In this document: positions 1 through 10,066 of the stretch, piece by piece
Position numbering within the stretch: position 1 is the stretch's first letter
How the letters are laid out: the number at the start of each line of letters is the position of its first letter
The notes under the pieces: generated by a model
Told to the model about the DNA's origin: nothing
Database searches by the model: none
The model's input: only the letters and a program-made list of their open reading frames with translations
Translations under genes and position numbers: made by a program
IMG/VR virus record: IMGVR_UViG_3300033062_002302
Source of the DNA: a virus
Taxonomy: Duplodnaviria; Caudoviricetes
Length of the DNA stretch: 64,000 bases
Strand: one strand, 5' to 3'

Positions 1-177
1 GCTAAATGTATGATGGAGAATGCTATGACATTTAAATTAAAAAATGTTTATATTCCTTTGCCTGGATGTGGAGCGAAGACGGGGCAATTATCTTGGGAAA
101 ATGAAGTTAAGCCAGCAATAAAAGATATTTTGGATGATCGTTTTACAATTGTTGCTTTAGATTTTAATAATCCATGA
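1..177 (+). CDS. partial (5'-truncated) macro-domain/ADP-ribose-processing-like protein
   Basis: Frame 1 open from base 1: ...VYIPLPGCGAKTGQLSWENEVKPAIKDILDDRF; PGCGxGxLxW is typical of the C-terminus of phage macro domains. Confidence 0.55.
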   Translation, partial: AKCMMENAMTFKLKNVYIPLPGCGAKTGQLSWENEVKPAIKDILDDRFTIVALDFNNP

Positions 178-344
178 TTATATTAGAGTGTTTGGAATGT
201 GGTGGCGAGCTTGATATTTCCGATAAAGGAATAAATAGAGACGTTAAATGTCGTAATTGTGGATTTACATCTAATCTTTCTCATATCAATAATAAACGAA
301 AACAAAACGCATCTTCTCCCGAAATTTTTATTAAAAGAAAATAA
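174..344 (+). CDS. small zinc-ribbon protein (56 aa, not in ORF track)
   Basis: MIILECLECGGELDISDKGINRDVKCRNCGF...; two CxxC pairs; ATGA and TAATG overlaps with neighbours. Confidence 0.65.
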   Translation: MIILECLECGGELDISDKGINRDVKCRNCGFTSNLSHINNKRKQNASSPEIFIKRK

Positions 345-673
345 TGAAAAGCATTTCATTTGTTGATCAATTTGGATCTAAAAGATATTATCTAAATGAT
401 AAGCTCCATCGAGAAGATGGTCCTGCTTTTATATCGTACGATGGAAATAAACATTGGTATCAATATGGAGATCTTCATAGACTAGATGGACCAGCTGTTG
501 AGTGTGTTAATGGATCCAAACATTGGTATCAAAATAATTATCTTCATAGATTAGCTGGACCAGCCTGCGAATATTCTAATGGAGAAAAATATTGGTTTTT
601 TCATGGTAAGCATGTACTATGTCACTCTCAAGAAGAATTTGAAGAGAAAATTAAGTTAGCAATGTTTTGGTGA
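344..673 (+). CDS. HRxDGPA-repeat family protein, copy 1 (3 repeats, KLAMFW tail)
   Basis: LHREDGPA/LHRLDGPA/LHRLAGPA repeats; ends SQEEFEEKIKLAMFW. Confidence 0.85.
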   Translation: MKSISFVDQFGSKRYYLNDKLHREDGPAFISYDGNKHWYQYGDLHRLDGPAVECVNGSKHWYQNNYLHRLAGPACEYSNGEKYWFFHGKHVLCHSQEEFEEKIKLAMFW

Positions 674-678
674 TTGAT

Positions 679-942
679 ATGAAAAACGGACTGATTATAA
701 ATAAATACGGAACTAAATGTTATTATTTAAATGATAAATATCATAGAGAAGATGGTCCCGCAGTTGAACATCTGAATGGAGATAAACGATGGTATCAAAA
801 TGATAATCTTCATAGATTAGACGGACCTGCCATTGAATGGTCAGGGAATAGCTTGAAAAGTTGGTATTTTCATGGCAAACATATTAAATGTCGTTCTCAA
901 GAAGAGTTTGAAGAACAAATTAAGTTAGCAATGTTTTGGTAA
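679..942 (+). CDS. HRxDGPA-repeat family protein, copy 2 (2 repeats)
   Basis: MKNGLII start 5 nt after the previous stop; KLAMFW tail. Confidence 0.85.
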   Translation: MKNGLIINKYGTKCYYLNDKYHREDGPAVEHLNGDKRWYQNDNLHRLDGPAIEWSGNSLKSWYFHGKHIKCRSQEEFEEQIKLAMFW

Positions 943-953
943 ATAATTTTAAA

Positions 954-1766
954 ATGAAATATTTAACTCTCGGAACTCTTTGGAAAAATGAAGACAGTTA
1001 TGCTCTCGATTTTTTAAAATACCACCGTCATGTCGGAGTAGAGCATTTTGTTATTTTTGACCGCCAGAATGATTCTTTGAAAGAATTACTCAAACATGAA
1101 TCTGATGTCGAAATTATTCATTATCCAGAGAGCCCAGAACATACTCACCAACAAGCTTGGGGAGACCTGATTAAGCATAATCAGGGCAAAACAAAATGGC
1201 TTTCTCTTCTTGATGCCGATCAATGCCTCGTTCCGGTTCAAACCAATGATGTCAAAGACACCTTAAAGGACTTTGAAGATTTTGCGAGTCTTCAATGTAA
1301 TTGGAAATCCTTTGGTTCTTCAGGGCAAGATAAACGAGAACCCGGTTCCGTCTATGAACGATTCATAACGACATGTTATGATGATAATGAGTATAATTTT
1401 CATACCCAATTCATTTGTCAACCTGATAGAACTCTTCCCGTCAAAACGCTAGAGCCTCATTATCCATTGCTTCCTGACCATGAAATTTCTGTTAATACCA
1501 ATAAAGAAGCTATTGATTCAAATAAAATAATTTCTTTAAATCCTAATACTCCTTTATCTTTTAATACCCCTCCTTTGCATGATAAGCTTTGGATTGCTCA
1601 TTATACCAATAAATCAAGGGAAGAGTGGTTGATTAAAAATTCAAAAGGAAGAGCAGATATTTTCGGAGCCCATATTCCAATGGAACAATTTGATCAGTAT
1701 GAAGCGGTTTGCAATCAACAAATAGAAAAAAGAGTCTTTGACCTTTGGAAAGAAGCTAATAAATGA
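954..1766 (+). CDS. GT-A fold glycosyltransferase (GT92/GT2-like)
   Basis: LKYHRHVGVEHFVIFD, WLSLLDADQ (DxD), NWKSFGSSG, IAHY motifs. Confidence 0.75.
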   Translation: MKYLTLGTLWKNEDSYALDFLKYHRHVGVEHFVIFDRQNDSLKELLKHESDVEIIHYPESPEHTHQQAWGDLIKHNQGKTKWLSLLDADQCLVPVQTNDVKDTLKDFEDFASLQCNWKSFGSSGQDKREPGSVYERFITTCYDDNEYNFHTQFICQPDRTLPVKTLEPHYPLLPDHEISVNTNKEAIDSNKIISLNPNTPLSFNTPPLHDKLWIAHYTNKSREEWLIKNSKGRADIFGAHIPMEQFDQYEAVCNQQIEKRVFDLWKEANK

Positions 1767-2272
1767 TCTGGATTGCACACCGAGGGCTGTATTTAGGACC
1801 AAATTCAGGACAAGAGAATAAACCGAGTCAAGTTCAAATGGCTCTCAATGCAGGATTTGATGTCGAACTAGATGTTTGGTTTCAAAATAATAAATTTTTC
1901 TTGGGACATGATAAACCTCAATATGAGGTTCCTAAAGAATTTTTCTTTAATTATAAAATGTGGCTTCATGCTAAAGACATTCCAACGTTCTTGGAACTCA
2001 AAAGTCATCCAGTTGCCGAAGTTTTCTTTCACCAAGAAGATCAAGTTGCTATAACTTCCGGTAAATATCTTTGGACTTATCCGAATAAAAACAACATCTT
2101 AACTAAAGATTCTATTGCGGTTATGCCTGAGCGTGTTGGCAAGTGGAAAGATATAGAGTCTTGTGCGGGGATTTGCTCTGATTTTATTTCTAATTACAAA
2201 AATGATGTTTTGTTTAGATTGCCAGAATTTCAAGACGAAATCATTCCAACTCCAATTGTTCAAATCACTTGA
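1763..2272 (+). CDS. glycerophosphodiester phosphodiesterase-like protein
   Basis: IAHRG...EN...DVELDVW...LGHD motifs of the PLC-like/GDPD fold. Confidence 0.7.
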   Translation: MIWIAHRGLYLGPNSGQENKPSQVQMALNAGFDVELDVWFQNNKFFLGHDKPQYEVPKEFFFNYKMWLHAKDIPTFLELKSHPVAEVFFHQEDQVAITSGKYLWTYPNKNNILTKDSIAVMPERVGKWKDIESCAGICSDFISNYKNDVLFRLPEFQDEIIPTPIVQIT

Positions 2273-3006
2273 AAGCAGCTATCTGTCTTAGCGGTGCCGT
2301 TTCTAAAATAAACGACCAACGATTTTTAACTCAAAACTCTCTTTATTCTCCAGGAGAATATGTTAATTTAAACGTTTGTTTCAATTCAATCATTAAACAC
2401 ATCATTGAGCCGAATAAAAATTATTCATTTGAGTTTTTTATTCATGGTTGGAATCAAGATTTAGAACTATCCTTAAACGAAATATATAAGCCACAATCAT
2501 CTTTATTTGAAAATAATTCAAATTACAACCAAGAGATTTCATCTAAAATTCAAGATCCTAATGATTTCGCCAATGTCAGTAAAGCATTGTCTCTTTCTAA
2601 GAGTATAGAATTATTACAAAATTCAAATTTATCTTTTGATAAAATTATACTTTATCGACCAGATTTAATTCTTTTTAAAGATATTAATTTGAATAATTAT
2701 TCAAATAATATTTATGTCAATCAATTCCAAAATGGAAATGGAGATTTTCATTTCATTACTAATGATTCTAATATTCATTTATTTAAAGATATTTATCATT
2801 CAACATCTTATAATCCTTGTAAGACTCATTTCTGGATTCAGAACTATTTTAATTTAAAAAATATCAATTTAATTGAGGATGATATAGTTGCTGGAATAGA
2901 TCAAGAAGTTATTCGTAAAGTTTACACGAAGACCAACCAGAATATTAATATTCGGACATTATTGAAGTATGGAATGACTGAAGAAGAAGCACAAAAATAT
3001 GAATAA
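2269..3006 (+). CDS. glycan-biosynthesis-associated hypothetical protein
   Basis: KAAICLSG start, FFIHGW, YRPDL; within the glyco-operon. Confidence 0.5.
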   Translation: MKAAICLSGAVSKINDQRFLTQNSLYSPGEYVNLNVCFNSIIKHIIEPNKNYSFEFFIHGWNQDLELSLNEIYKPQSSLFENNSNYNQEISSKIQDPNDFANVSKALSLSKSIELLQNSNLSFDKIILYRPDLILFKDINLNNYSNNIYVNQFQNGNGDFHFITNDSNIHLFKDIYHSTSYNPCKTHFWIQNYFNLKNINLIEDDIVAGIDQEVIRKVYTKTNQNINIRTLLKYGMTEEEAQKYE

Positions 3007-3697
3007 ATATACGGATATGCAACGAAATTTTTATAATTCAACTTCTCATATTATGGCGGTAGAAAATCACCGAGGTCATGATTCAAATCCAGATTATAAA
3101 AATATTCTTTTAAAAGAAGTTTCTAATCTAGGTAATGGTAAGGCTTTAGATTTTGGGTGTGGAATTGGAAGAAACATTGATAATCTTTTAAAATTAAGTT
3201 CTTTTGATGTTGTTGATGGTTGCGATATTAGCCAGGAAAATATTGAAAGAAGCTATGAGTTTTTAAAATCAAATCATAGCACTTCAAGATTTAATCTTTT
3301 TACAACTGATGGAACATCCCTATCTCCTATTCTAGACAATCAATATGATTTTGTTATGTCAACCATTGTCTTACAGCATATTGCGGTTCATCAGATTAGA
3401 TTTTCTCTCTTACAAGATATTTATCGAGTTATGAAAGAAGGCGGTCTTTTTAGCTTTCAAATGGCTCAATATCGCTCTCCGCATATCAAATGCGCTAAAT
3501 ATTTCGATAATGCTTGGGATGCCTCTGGAACAAATGGATCCTTTGATGTAACCATTGATAATCCTGATGACTTAGTTTCCGATCTCTCTAAAATTGGATT
3601 TAACAATATTTCTTATCAAATTGCCCCAGAATGGGATGCTAACAACCAATGTTATAATAACAATGATAATTGGATTTATGTTAAGGCTTATAAATGA
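2999..3697 (+). CDS. class I SAM-dependent methyltransferase
   Basis: ALDFGCGIGR motif I, GCDIS, STIVLQHI, MKEGG. Confidence 0.85.
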   Translation: MNKYTDMQRNFYNSTSHIMAVENHRGHDSNPDYKNILLKEVSNLGNGKALDFGCGIGRNIDNLLKLSSFDVVDGCDISQENIERSYEFLKSNHSTSRFNLFTTDGTSLSPILDNQYDFVMSTIVLQHIAVHQIRFSLLQDIYRVMKEGGLFSFQMAQYRSPHIKCAKYFDNAWDASGTNGSFDVTIDNPDDLVSDLSKIGFNNISYQIAPEWDANNQCYNNNDNWIYVKAYK

Positions 3698-4386
3698 TTA
3701 CAGTTTATACTGTTGCTTTTAATGAGGAATTACAGTTACAATTCTTTATAGATTTCTATAGATCTCGATTTAAGGATTGCCATATTGTCATTTATGACAA
3801 CATGAGCACAGATGATACGGTTAAAATTGGAAAAGAAAATAATTGCGAGATTATATCCTATGATACAAATAATCAAATTAATGATAAAAAATATTTGGAA
3901 ATTAAAAATAACTGTTGGAAATCTAGCCAAACAGATTGGGTTTTAGTTGCAGACGTTGATGAATTATTAGATATCACGCCAACTTACTTGTTAAACGAAT
4001 ATGCTTCAATTATATCTTCAGAAGGATATAATATGATTAATATGGATAATTGTCCTTTATCTGAAATTAAATGGGGAGCAAGGCATTATAATTCAGACAA
4101 GTCTTATTTATTTAATAAGCGAGAAATTAAAGAAATAAATTACGAAGCAGGATGTCATAAAGCTAATCCTACTGGAAATGTTAGCTATTCTGAAAGAACT
4201 TATAGAGCTTATCATTATAATTTTATTAATTTAGAATTATCGATTGAAAAATATAAAACTTATGCCAAAAGACTTTCTCCGGAAAATATTAAAAATGGTT
4301 GGGGAATTCATTATCTTATGACGCCAGAACAAATTAAGGCTGAATATCTTGAAATTCAAAGAAATGCCATTAGGTTGTTTTTATGA
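3694..4386 (+). CDS. family 2 glycosyltransferase (paralog of 7652-8353)
   Basis: AFNEE, YDNMSTD, WVLVADVDE. Confidence 0.8.
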   Translation: MITVYTVAFNEELQLQFFIDFYRSRFKDCHIVIYDNMSTDDTVKIGKENNCEIISYDTNNQINDKKYLEIKNNCWKSSQTDWVLVADVDELLDITPTYLLNEYASIISSEGYNMINMDNCPLSEIKWGARHYNSDKSYLFNKREIKEINYEAGCHKANPTGNVSYSERTYRAYHYNFINLELSIEKYKTYAKRLSPENIKNGWGIHYLMTPEQIKAEYLEIQRNAIRLFL

Positions 4387-5006
4387 ATATTGGAATTTCT
4401 TTTGTTGGAGTCTCTTTTGGAGAAGGTAGAAATTACAAACATTGTTTTTCTAATTTAGAGTCTTATTTAATAAATCCTTTTAAACAACATCATAACGTTA
4501 ATACGTTCATTACTTCTTATAATAGCGAATTTAATGATGATATAATTTCATTGTTTAACCCAACAAAGCATCAATTTAATGATTTTGGTAACTCTCATCA
4601 AGTTTTAACTTACATTAAGTCTTTGGAGCAATTAAGAGGGCAAGATTTAGATTTTGTTATTTCGACTAGATTTGACATTCATTATCATAAAGATCTTTCT
4701 TTAATTGGTTTAGATTTTAATAAGTTTAATGCTTTATTCAAAGAGAATGGTTGGTGGGATTCAATGCATTTTACGACGGATAATTTCTTTGCTTTCCCAT
4801 ATTCTATGTTAGAAGTTTTTATTGATGTTTTAAAAGACCTTTATCAAAATCCTTCTCGTGGTTCTCTAATGGATTTGCACCAGGCATTTTATAGAATTCA
4901 GGTAAAGGTAGGAATAGAAAACACTCATATCATCTCAAATATAGATGAATTAAGCAATACAAATTCTTTTTACTCTCTCTGCAATGAAAAATGGGGAATT
5001 CGATGA
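4383..5006 (+). CDS. glycan-biosynthesis-associated hypothetical protein
   Basis: ISTRFD and TDNFF motifs; resembles 2269-3006; operon context. Confidence 0.5.
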   Translation: MNIGISFVGVSFGEGRNYKHCFSNLESYLINPFKQHHNVNTFITSYNSEFNDDIISLFNPTKHQFNDFGNSHQVLTYIKSLEQLRGQDLDFVISTRFDIHYHKDLSLIGLDFNKFNALFKENGWWDSMHFTTDNFFAFPYSMLEVFIDVLKDLYQNPSRGSLMDLHQAFYRIQVKVGIENTHIISNIDELSNTNSFYSLCNEKWGIR

Positions 5007-5578
5007 ATCGAACTCAGTTATTACAATATTTAATGAAAAGATTTAATTATCAATCCTATCTTGAAATAGGATGCGCCAATGATTGGAATTTTAATCAAAT
5101 TTCAGCTTCTAAAAAAGTTGGAGTTGATCCAGGGCAGGGCGGAACGCTCAGAATGACGAGCGACGATTTCTTCGCTCAAAATACCGAGAAGTTCGATCTT
5201 ATTTTTATTGATGGTCTACATATTGCCGCGCAAGTAGATAAAGATATCGTCAATGCTGTTAAATGTTTGACAGATAATGGAACTATCGTGATGCATGACT
5301 GTAATCCTGCGGTTGAGGAAGCTCAACGAGAATATGTTGTTATTTCAGATTGGAACGGAAATTGCTGGCAAAGTTTTGTTAAAATTAGGCATTTAGATTA
5401 CATTGATGCTGCAACTGGAAATTTTGACCATGGTTGTGGAGTCTTGAGAATTAGAAAAAATTCAGATAAAATCGAAGAAGTTAGTCACGATCTATTAAAT
5501 TGGCATGATTTGGTCCGAAATCGTCAATCATGGATGAGATTGATGTCTCCAGATGATTTAAAAAAATGGATTGGATAA
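5003..5578 (+). CDS. class I SAM methyltransferase (Methyltransf_24-like)
   Basis: YLEIG, GVDP, FDLIFIDGLH, IVMHD. Confidence 0.85.
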   Translation: MNRTQLLQYLMKRFNYQSYLEIGCANDWNFNQISASKKVGVDPGQGGTLRMTSDDFFAQNTEKFDLIFIDGLHIAAQVDKDIVNAVKCLTDNGTIVMHDCNPAVEEAQREYVVISDWNGNCWQSFVKIRHLDYIDAATGNFDHGCGVLRIRKNSDKIEEVSHDLLNWHDLVRNRQSWMRLMSPDDLKKWIG

Positions 5579-6253
5579 ATGATAAACTTTGATATTGCCG
5601 TCGTTGTCCCAGTTCTAAATAGACCTAAAAATGTTAAACCTTTCATTGAATCATTTTTAGCAACAACTCCATTAGATAAAGCAGAAGTAATTTTTGTTAC
5701 GAGTTCATCTTGTCAAGATGAAATTGATGAGATTAAGAAGTTTTCAGGTCCAATTCGAATTGAAATTGCATCAGATGACATTTTATCTTGGGCTAAACGA
5801 ATTAATTATGGAATATCCAAAACGACTCAATCTTGGATTCTTTGTGCGGCAGATGATGTCGTTTTCCATCAAAACTGGTTTGAATTAGCTCAGGATGCCT
5901 CTCAAGGCTTTTCTGGGATTCTAGGGACCAATGACCTAGGTCACCCAGCAACGATTGGAGGATGGCATTCTACGCATCCTATCGTCGCCAGGGATTATGT
6001 TATGTCTCAAGGGACAATGGATGAGCCCGGAAAATTATGCCATGAAGGCTATAATCATAATTATGTCGATGTTGAAATGATTCATACCGCTATGAAGCGC
6101 GGATGCTGGAAACACCTCAAAGATTGTATTATTGAGCATAATCATCCTGCTTGGAATAAAAATTCGTGGGACGATGTTTATCAAAAAGGGCAAGAAAAAG
6201 TTAGTCAAGACGGCGCGCTCTGGCAAAAGCGAAAAGCTCAATTTTCTCTTTAA
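5579..6253 (+). CDS. family 2 glycosyltransferase
   Basis: VVVPVLNR, CAADD, YVDVE, IEHNHP. Confidence 0.75.
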   Translation: MINFDIAVVVPVLNRPKNVKPFIESFLATTPLDKAEVIFVTSSSCQDEIDEIKKFSGPIRIEIASDDILSWAKRINYGISKTTQSWILCAADDVVFHQNWFELAQDASQGFSGILGTNDLGHPATIGGWHSTHPIVARDYVMSQGTMDEPGKLCHEGYNHNYVDVEMIHTAMKRGCWKHLKDCIIEHNHPAWNKNSWDDVYQKGQEKVSQDGALWQKRKAQFSL

Positions 6254-6284
6254 ACTCTGATAATTTACTCATATATTAAGTAAT

Positions 6285-7655
6285 ATGAGTCTTATTAAAT
6301 TAATTGTTTCAGATTTGGATGGAGTCCTCTTAAATTGCAAAGAAATTCATTATGAAGCTCTTAATCTCGCTCTTGGTCCAGAATTTGCCATCTCTAGAGA
6401 AGATCACATTAAAATTTATGATGGATTAAGCACTAAAAACAAATTAGCTCTTTTATCTAAAATTAAAAATTTACCCCTTGAATCTCATTCATCAATTAAT
6501 GAATTGAAACAAAAATACACAATTGAATTACTAAAAGATTTTAGCGATATAAATTATAATATTAAAAATATCATTTTAAATATTAAATCAAAAGGAATTT
6601 TATTTTATGTTGCTTCAAATGCGATTCGGGCAACAATCGATGCTGTTCTTGCCAAATTAGAAATTACTGATTTAGTTGATAAAATTTATTCTAATGAAGA
6701 TGTTAAACATTCTAAGCCTCATTCTGAAATTTATTTAAAATGCATGGTAGAAGCTGGGGTCAATCCAGATGAAACCTTAATTATTGAAGATTCAAAGCAT
6801 GGGCGCGAAGCGGCAGTTAAGTCGGGAGCGCACGTCTGCGGAGTTGATCAGAGTTTTGATTTTAGCCAAGAAAGAATAGATTCTTGTTTAGAAGTTAAAG
6901 AATCTAAGGTTAAATGGGATGGGACAACAGATTTAACTGTTTTAATCCCAATGAGTGGGAATGGCTCAAGATTTAAAGAACAAAATTTTGCGCTTCCAAA
7001 GCCTTTAATTGATGTTAAAGGTCAGCCCATGATTCAAAGAGTTATAAATAATTTAAATGTTAAGGCTAAATTTATTTTCATTGTTCAAAAAGAACATTAT
7101 GAAAAATATAATCTGAAAAATTATTTAGAATTAATGAGTCCTGGATGTCAGATTGTTGTGACTGAGGGCTTGACACAAGGGGCAGCGTGTTCTACTTTAC
7201 TAGCCAAAGAGTTTATCGACAACGACCGTCATTTATTAATTGCGAATTCCGACCAATTTATTGATAATTTTGATAGTTGCGACTTTCTTTATAATGCTAT
7301 ATCTAAAGACGCCGATGGAAGTATTTTGACTTTTGAAGTTCAAAATGACCCAAAGTGGAGCTATGTTAAGGTTCAAGATGGATTTGTTACAGAAGTGGCT
7401 GAAAAGAAGCCGATTAGCGATGAAGCGACAATTGGAGTATATTATTTCCGACATGGCTCTGATTATGTTAAATACGCCGAAGAAATGATTTCTGCCAATG
7501 ATAGAACGAATAATGAATTTTATGTCGTTCCATCTTTCAATTACGCCATTCAAGACAATAAAAAGATAATTACTTATAAAATTGATTCTAAAGATTTTCA
7601 TGGGTTAGGAACTCCAGAAGATTTAAAGATATTTCTAGATAAAAATATTGCATGA
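6285..7655 (+). CDS. HAD phosphatase fused to sugar-phosphate nucleotidyltransferase-like domain
   Basis: N-terminal DLDGVL, KPHSE, IIEDS; C-terminal IPMSGNGSRF..PKPLIDV, ANSDQ, AEKKPIS, GLGTPEDL. Confidence 0.85.
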   Translation: MSLIKLIVSDLDGVLLNCKEIHYEALNLALGPEFAISREDHIKIYDGLSTKNKLALLSKIKNLPLESHSSINELKQKYTIELLKDFSDINYNIKNIILNIKSKGILFYVASNAIRATIDAVLAKLEITDLVDKIYSNEDVKHSKPHSEIYLKCMVEAGVNPDETLIIEDSKHGREAAVKSGAHVCGVDQSFDFSQERIDSCLEVKESKVKWDGTTDLTVLIPMSGNGSRFKEQNFALPKPLIDVKGQPMIQRVINNLNVKAKFIFIVQKEHYEKYNLKNYLELMSPGCQIVVTEGLTQGAACSTLLAKEFIDNDRHLLIANSDQFIDNFDSCDFLYNAISKDADGSILTFEVQNDPKWSYVKVQDGFVTEVAEKKPISDEATIGVYYFRHGSDYVKYAEEMISANDRTNNEFYVVPSFNYAIQDNKKIITYKIDSKDFHGLGTPEDLKIFLDKNIA

Positions 7656-8353
7656 TTACAGTTTATACAATCGCTTTTAATGAAGAAGTTTTTATTCAGT
7701 TTATGATCGATCATTATCGATCAAGGTTTAAAGATTGTAATATTGTCGTTTATGATAACGAAAGTACGGATAAAACAAGAGAAATTGCTTTAAATAATAA
7801 TTGTCAAGTTATCTCTTATTCTACCGGAGATAAGATTAGCGATTCTAAATATCTTCAAATTAAAAATAATTGTTGGAAGCAAGCTGAGACTGATTGGGTT
7901 TTAGTTTGTGATATGGATGAGCTTTTAGATCTTAATGAGAAAGATCTTGTTAAAGAAGAATCGTTAAAAACAAGTATCATTAGGTCAGAAGCTTATAATA
8001 TGGTTAATATGAATGATGATTATGATTTAGCCAATATTAAACATGGATCGAGATGCTCTCCATATGATAAATATTATTGTTTTAATAAAACAATGATAAG
8101 TGAAATTCGATATGAGCCAGGATGCCATAATGCCAAGCCTATTGGAAACATTAAGCTGAGCCAGGATTGCTACAAATTGTACCATTATAAATGTATTAAT
8201 CCGGATTTTCAAGTTGCTCGATATAAGCTATATGAATCACGATTGAGTGAAGAAAATAAGAAAAACCGTTGGGGCGAGCATTATTTAAATGCCGAAGAAC
8301 AAATCCGAAATGGATTTCCCTTATGGAGAAATGCTGCGGTTAAAATCATATGA
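7652..8353 (+). CDS. family 2 glycosyltransferase (paralog of 3694-4386)
   Basis: MITVYTIAFNEE, YDNESTD, VCDMDE; 5' DNA nearly identical to 3694. Confidence 0.8.
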   Translation: MITVYTIAFNEEVFIQFMIDHYRSRFKDCNIVVYDNESTDKTREIALNNNCQVISYSTGDKISDSKYLQIKNNCWKQAETDWVLVCDMDELLDLNEKDLVKEESLKTSIIRSEAYNMVNMNDDYDLANIKHGSRCSPYDKYYCFNKTMISEIRYEPGCHNAKPIGNIKLSQDCYKLYHYKCINPDFQVARYKLYESRLSEENKKNRWGEHYLNAEEQIRNGFPLWRNAAVKII

Positions 8354-9012
8354 ATATTTCAGCTTGCTTAACATCTTGTAATAGATTTAATCTCTTAGAA
8401 AGAACCTTAGATTCTTTTTTTAAATTAAATACTTATCCAATTCAAAAATTTTATATTATTGAAGATTCGACCAAATTAGAAATGAAAGAAAAAATTATTT
8501 CTAAATATGGAGATAAAGTCGAGTTAATTTTTAATGATATTAATTTGGGTCCTTATAAATCAATAGATAAGGTTTATAATTTAATTGATACAGAATATAT
8601 CTTTCATTGTGAAGATGATTGGTCTTTTGATTCTAATCCTAATTTCATTAAAGAATCAATTTCTATTTTGGAAGAAAGAAAAGATATTCATCAAATTTGG
8701 TTTCGAAAAGACGCCGATTCTTCTTGGATTGAATCCAATGAGCAGAATGTAAATGGAGTTTCTTTTAAGATGCTAAAAGTTCCTCATTGCGGAGATTGGA
8801 ATGGATTTTCTTTAAATCCTCATGTTAAGAGATTATCAGATTATAAATTAATGTTTCCAAATGGCTATCAAGAATTTATCTTAAAAGATAAATCTATTGT
8901 ATTTACAGAGCATAATTGTATGAGAAATGCTGATAAATTTAATTATAGGGCGGCATTATTAAATAATAGGTGCTGCCAACATATTGGACATGGACAATCA
9001 ACATATGCTTGA
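8350..9012 (+). CDS. family 2-like glycosyltransferase
   Basis: TSCNR, IIEDS, YIFHCEDDW, HIG. Confidence 0.75.
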   Translation: MNISACLTSCNRFNLLERTLDSFFKLNTYPIQKFYIIEDSTKLEMKEKIISKYGDKVELIFNDINLGPYKSIDKVYNLIDTEYIFHCEDDWSFDSNPNFIKESISILEERKDIHQIWFRKDADSSWIESNEQNVNGVSFKMLKVPHCGDWNGFSLNPHVKRLSDYKLMFPNGYQEFILKDKSIVFTEHNCMRNADKFNYRAALLNNRCCQHIGHGQSTYA

Positions 9013-10066
9013 TTTAAACGAATTATTAAACCGAGAGCCTTCTAAAATCAATTTAGAAGAAGTCGGAAGCTTACTTAAAGGCAAGTCTATTTTAATTACG
9101 GGAGCTTCTGGCTCGATTGGAAGCGTTTTAACTAAAGAAGTCGCCAGATTTGGACCTAGTTGTATTACATTATTCGATCATAATGAAAATAATCAATTCT
9201 TTCTAGAAAAAGAATTAAAAGAAAATTATCCTAATATTAAAATTTTAGCTCGAATTGGCTCGATTGCCGATAAAGAAAGAGCTTCTGTTATCTTTAATGA
9301 AGCTAATCCTAGTGTTGTTTTTCATTGTGCGGCTTTAAAACACGTTCCTTTGTGTGAAGCGAATGTAAGCGAAGCTATTCATAATAATATTTTTGGGACT
9401 CATGTCATAGCAGAATTGGCAGCCGAGATGAAAGCAGAAGTATTTTGCCAAATTTCTACGGATAAGGCGGTTGAGCCTAAAAGCTGCATGGGAGCGACAA
9501 AAAGAGTTGCGGAATGTTTTATTCAATTAATGTCTCAAAAGTTTAAAGATACTAAATTTGTAATTGTTAGATTTGGAAATGTCCTGGGAAGCGCCGGTTC
9601 TGTTATTCCAATTTTTCAAAAACAGATAGAGGATGGAAAGCCTTTAACGGTAACTCATCCTGACATGACTCGATTTTTCATGACTATTTCTGAAGCTGTT
9701 CAATTATTACTTCAATCTTCTATTATTGCAAAATCTGGGGAAATATTTATTTTGGATATGGGCGAACCGATCAAGATAACGGATTTGGCTAAAAAACTAA
9801 TATCGATTATGTCTCCAGATAAGGACATTCCTATTATATTTAGTGGAGTTAGACCTGGCGAGAAGATTCACGAAGAATTATCTTTTAAAACAGAAGAACT
9901 TATTAAAACGTCTCACTCTAAAATATTAAAGACCAAGACTGGTTTGCCTAATGAGCAAATGTTTAATCAAATTTTGGAATTAGAGAGAATGTCAGCAAAT
10001 ACCGATCATAAAGTCTTAAAAAAGACATTAAATGATTTAATTCCTGAGGCGACTCTAGCAATATGA
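9005..10066 (+). CDS. CapD/PglF-type UDP-GlcNAc 4,6-dehydratase (catalytic domain only)
   Basis: TGASGSIG, AALKHVP, STDKAV, MGATK, RFGNVLGSAGSV, RPGEKIHEEL. Confidence 0.9.
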   Translation: MLDLNELLNREPSKINLEEVGSLLKGKSILITGASGSIGSVLTKEVARFGPSCITLFDHNENNQFFLEKELKENYPNIKILARIGSIADKERASVIFNEANPSVVFHCAALKHVPLCEANVSEAIHNNIFGTHVIAELAAEMKAEVFCQISTDKAVEPKSCMGATKRVAECFIQLMSQKFKDTKFVIVRFGNVLGSAGSVIPIFQKQIEDGKPLTVTHPDMTRFFMTISEAVQLLLQSSIIAKSGEIFILDMGEPIKITDLAKKLISIMSPDKDIPIIFSGVRPGEKIHEELSFKTEELIKTSHSKILKTKTGLPNEQMFNQILELERMSANTDHKVLKKTLNDLIPEATLAI

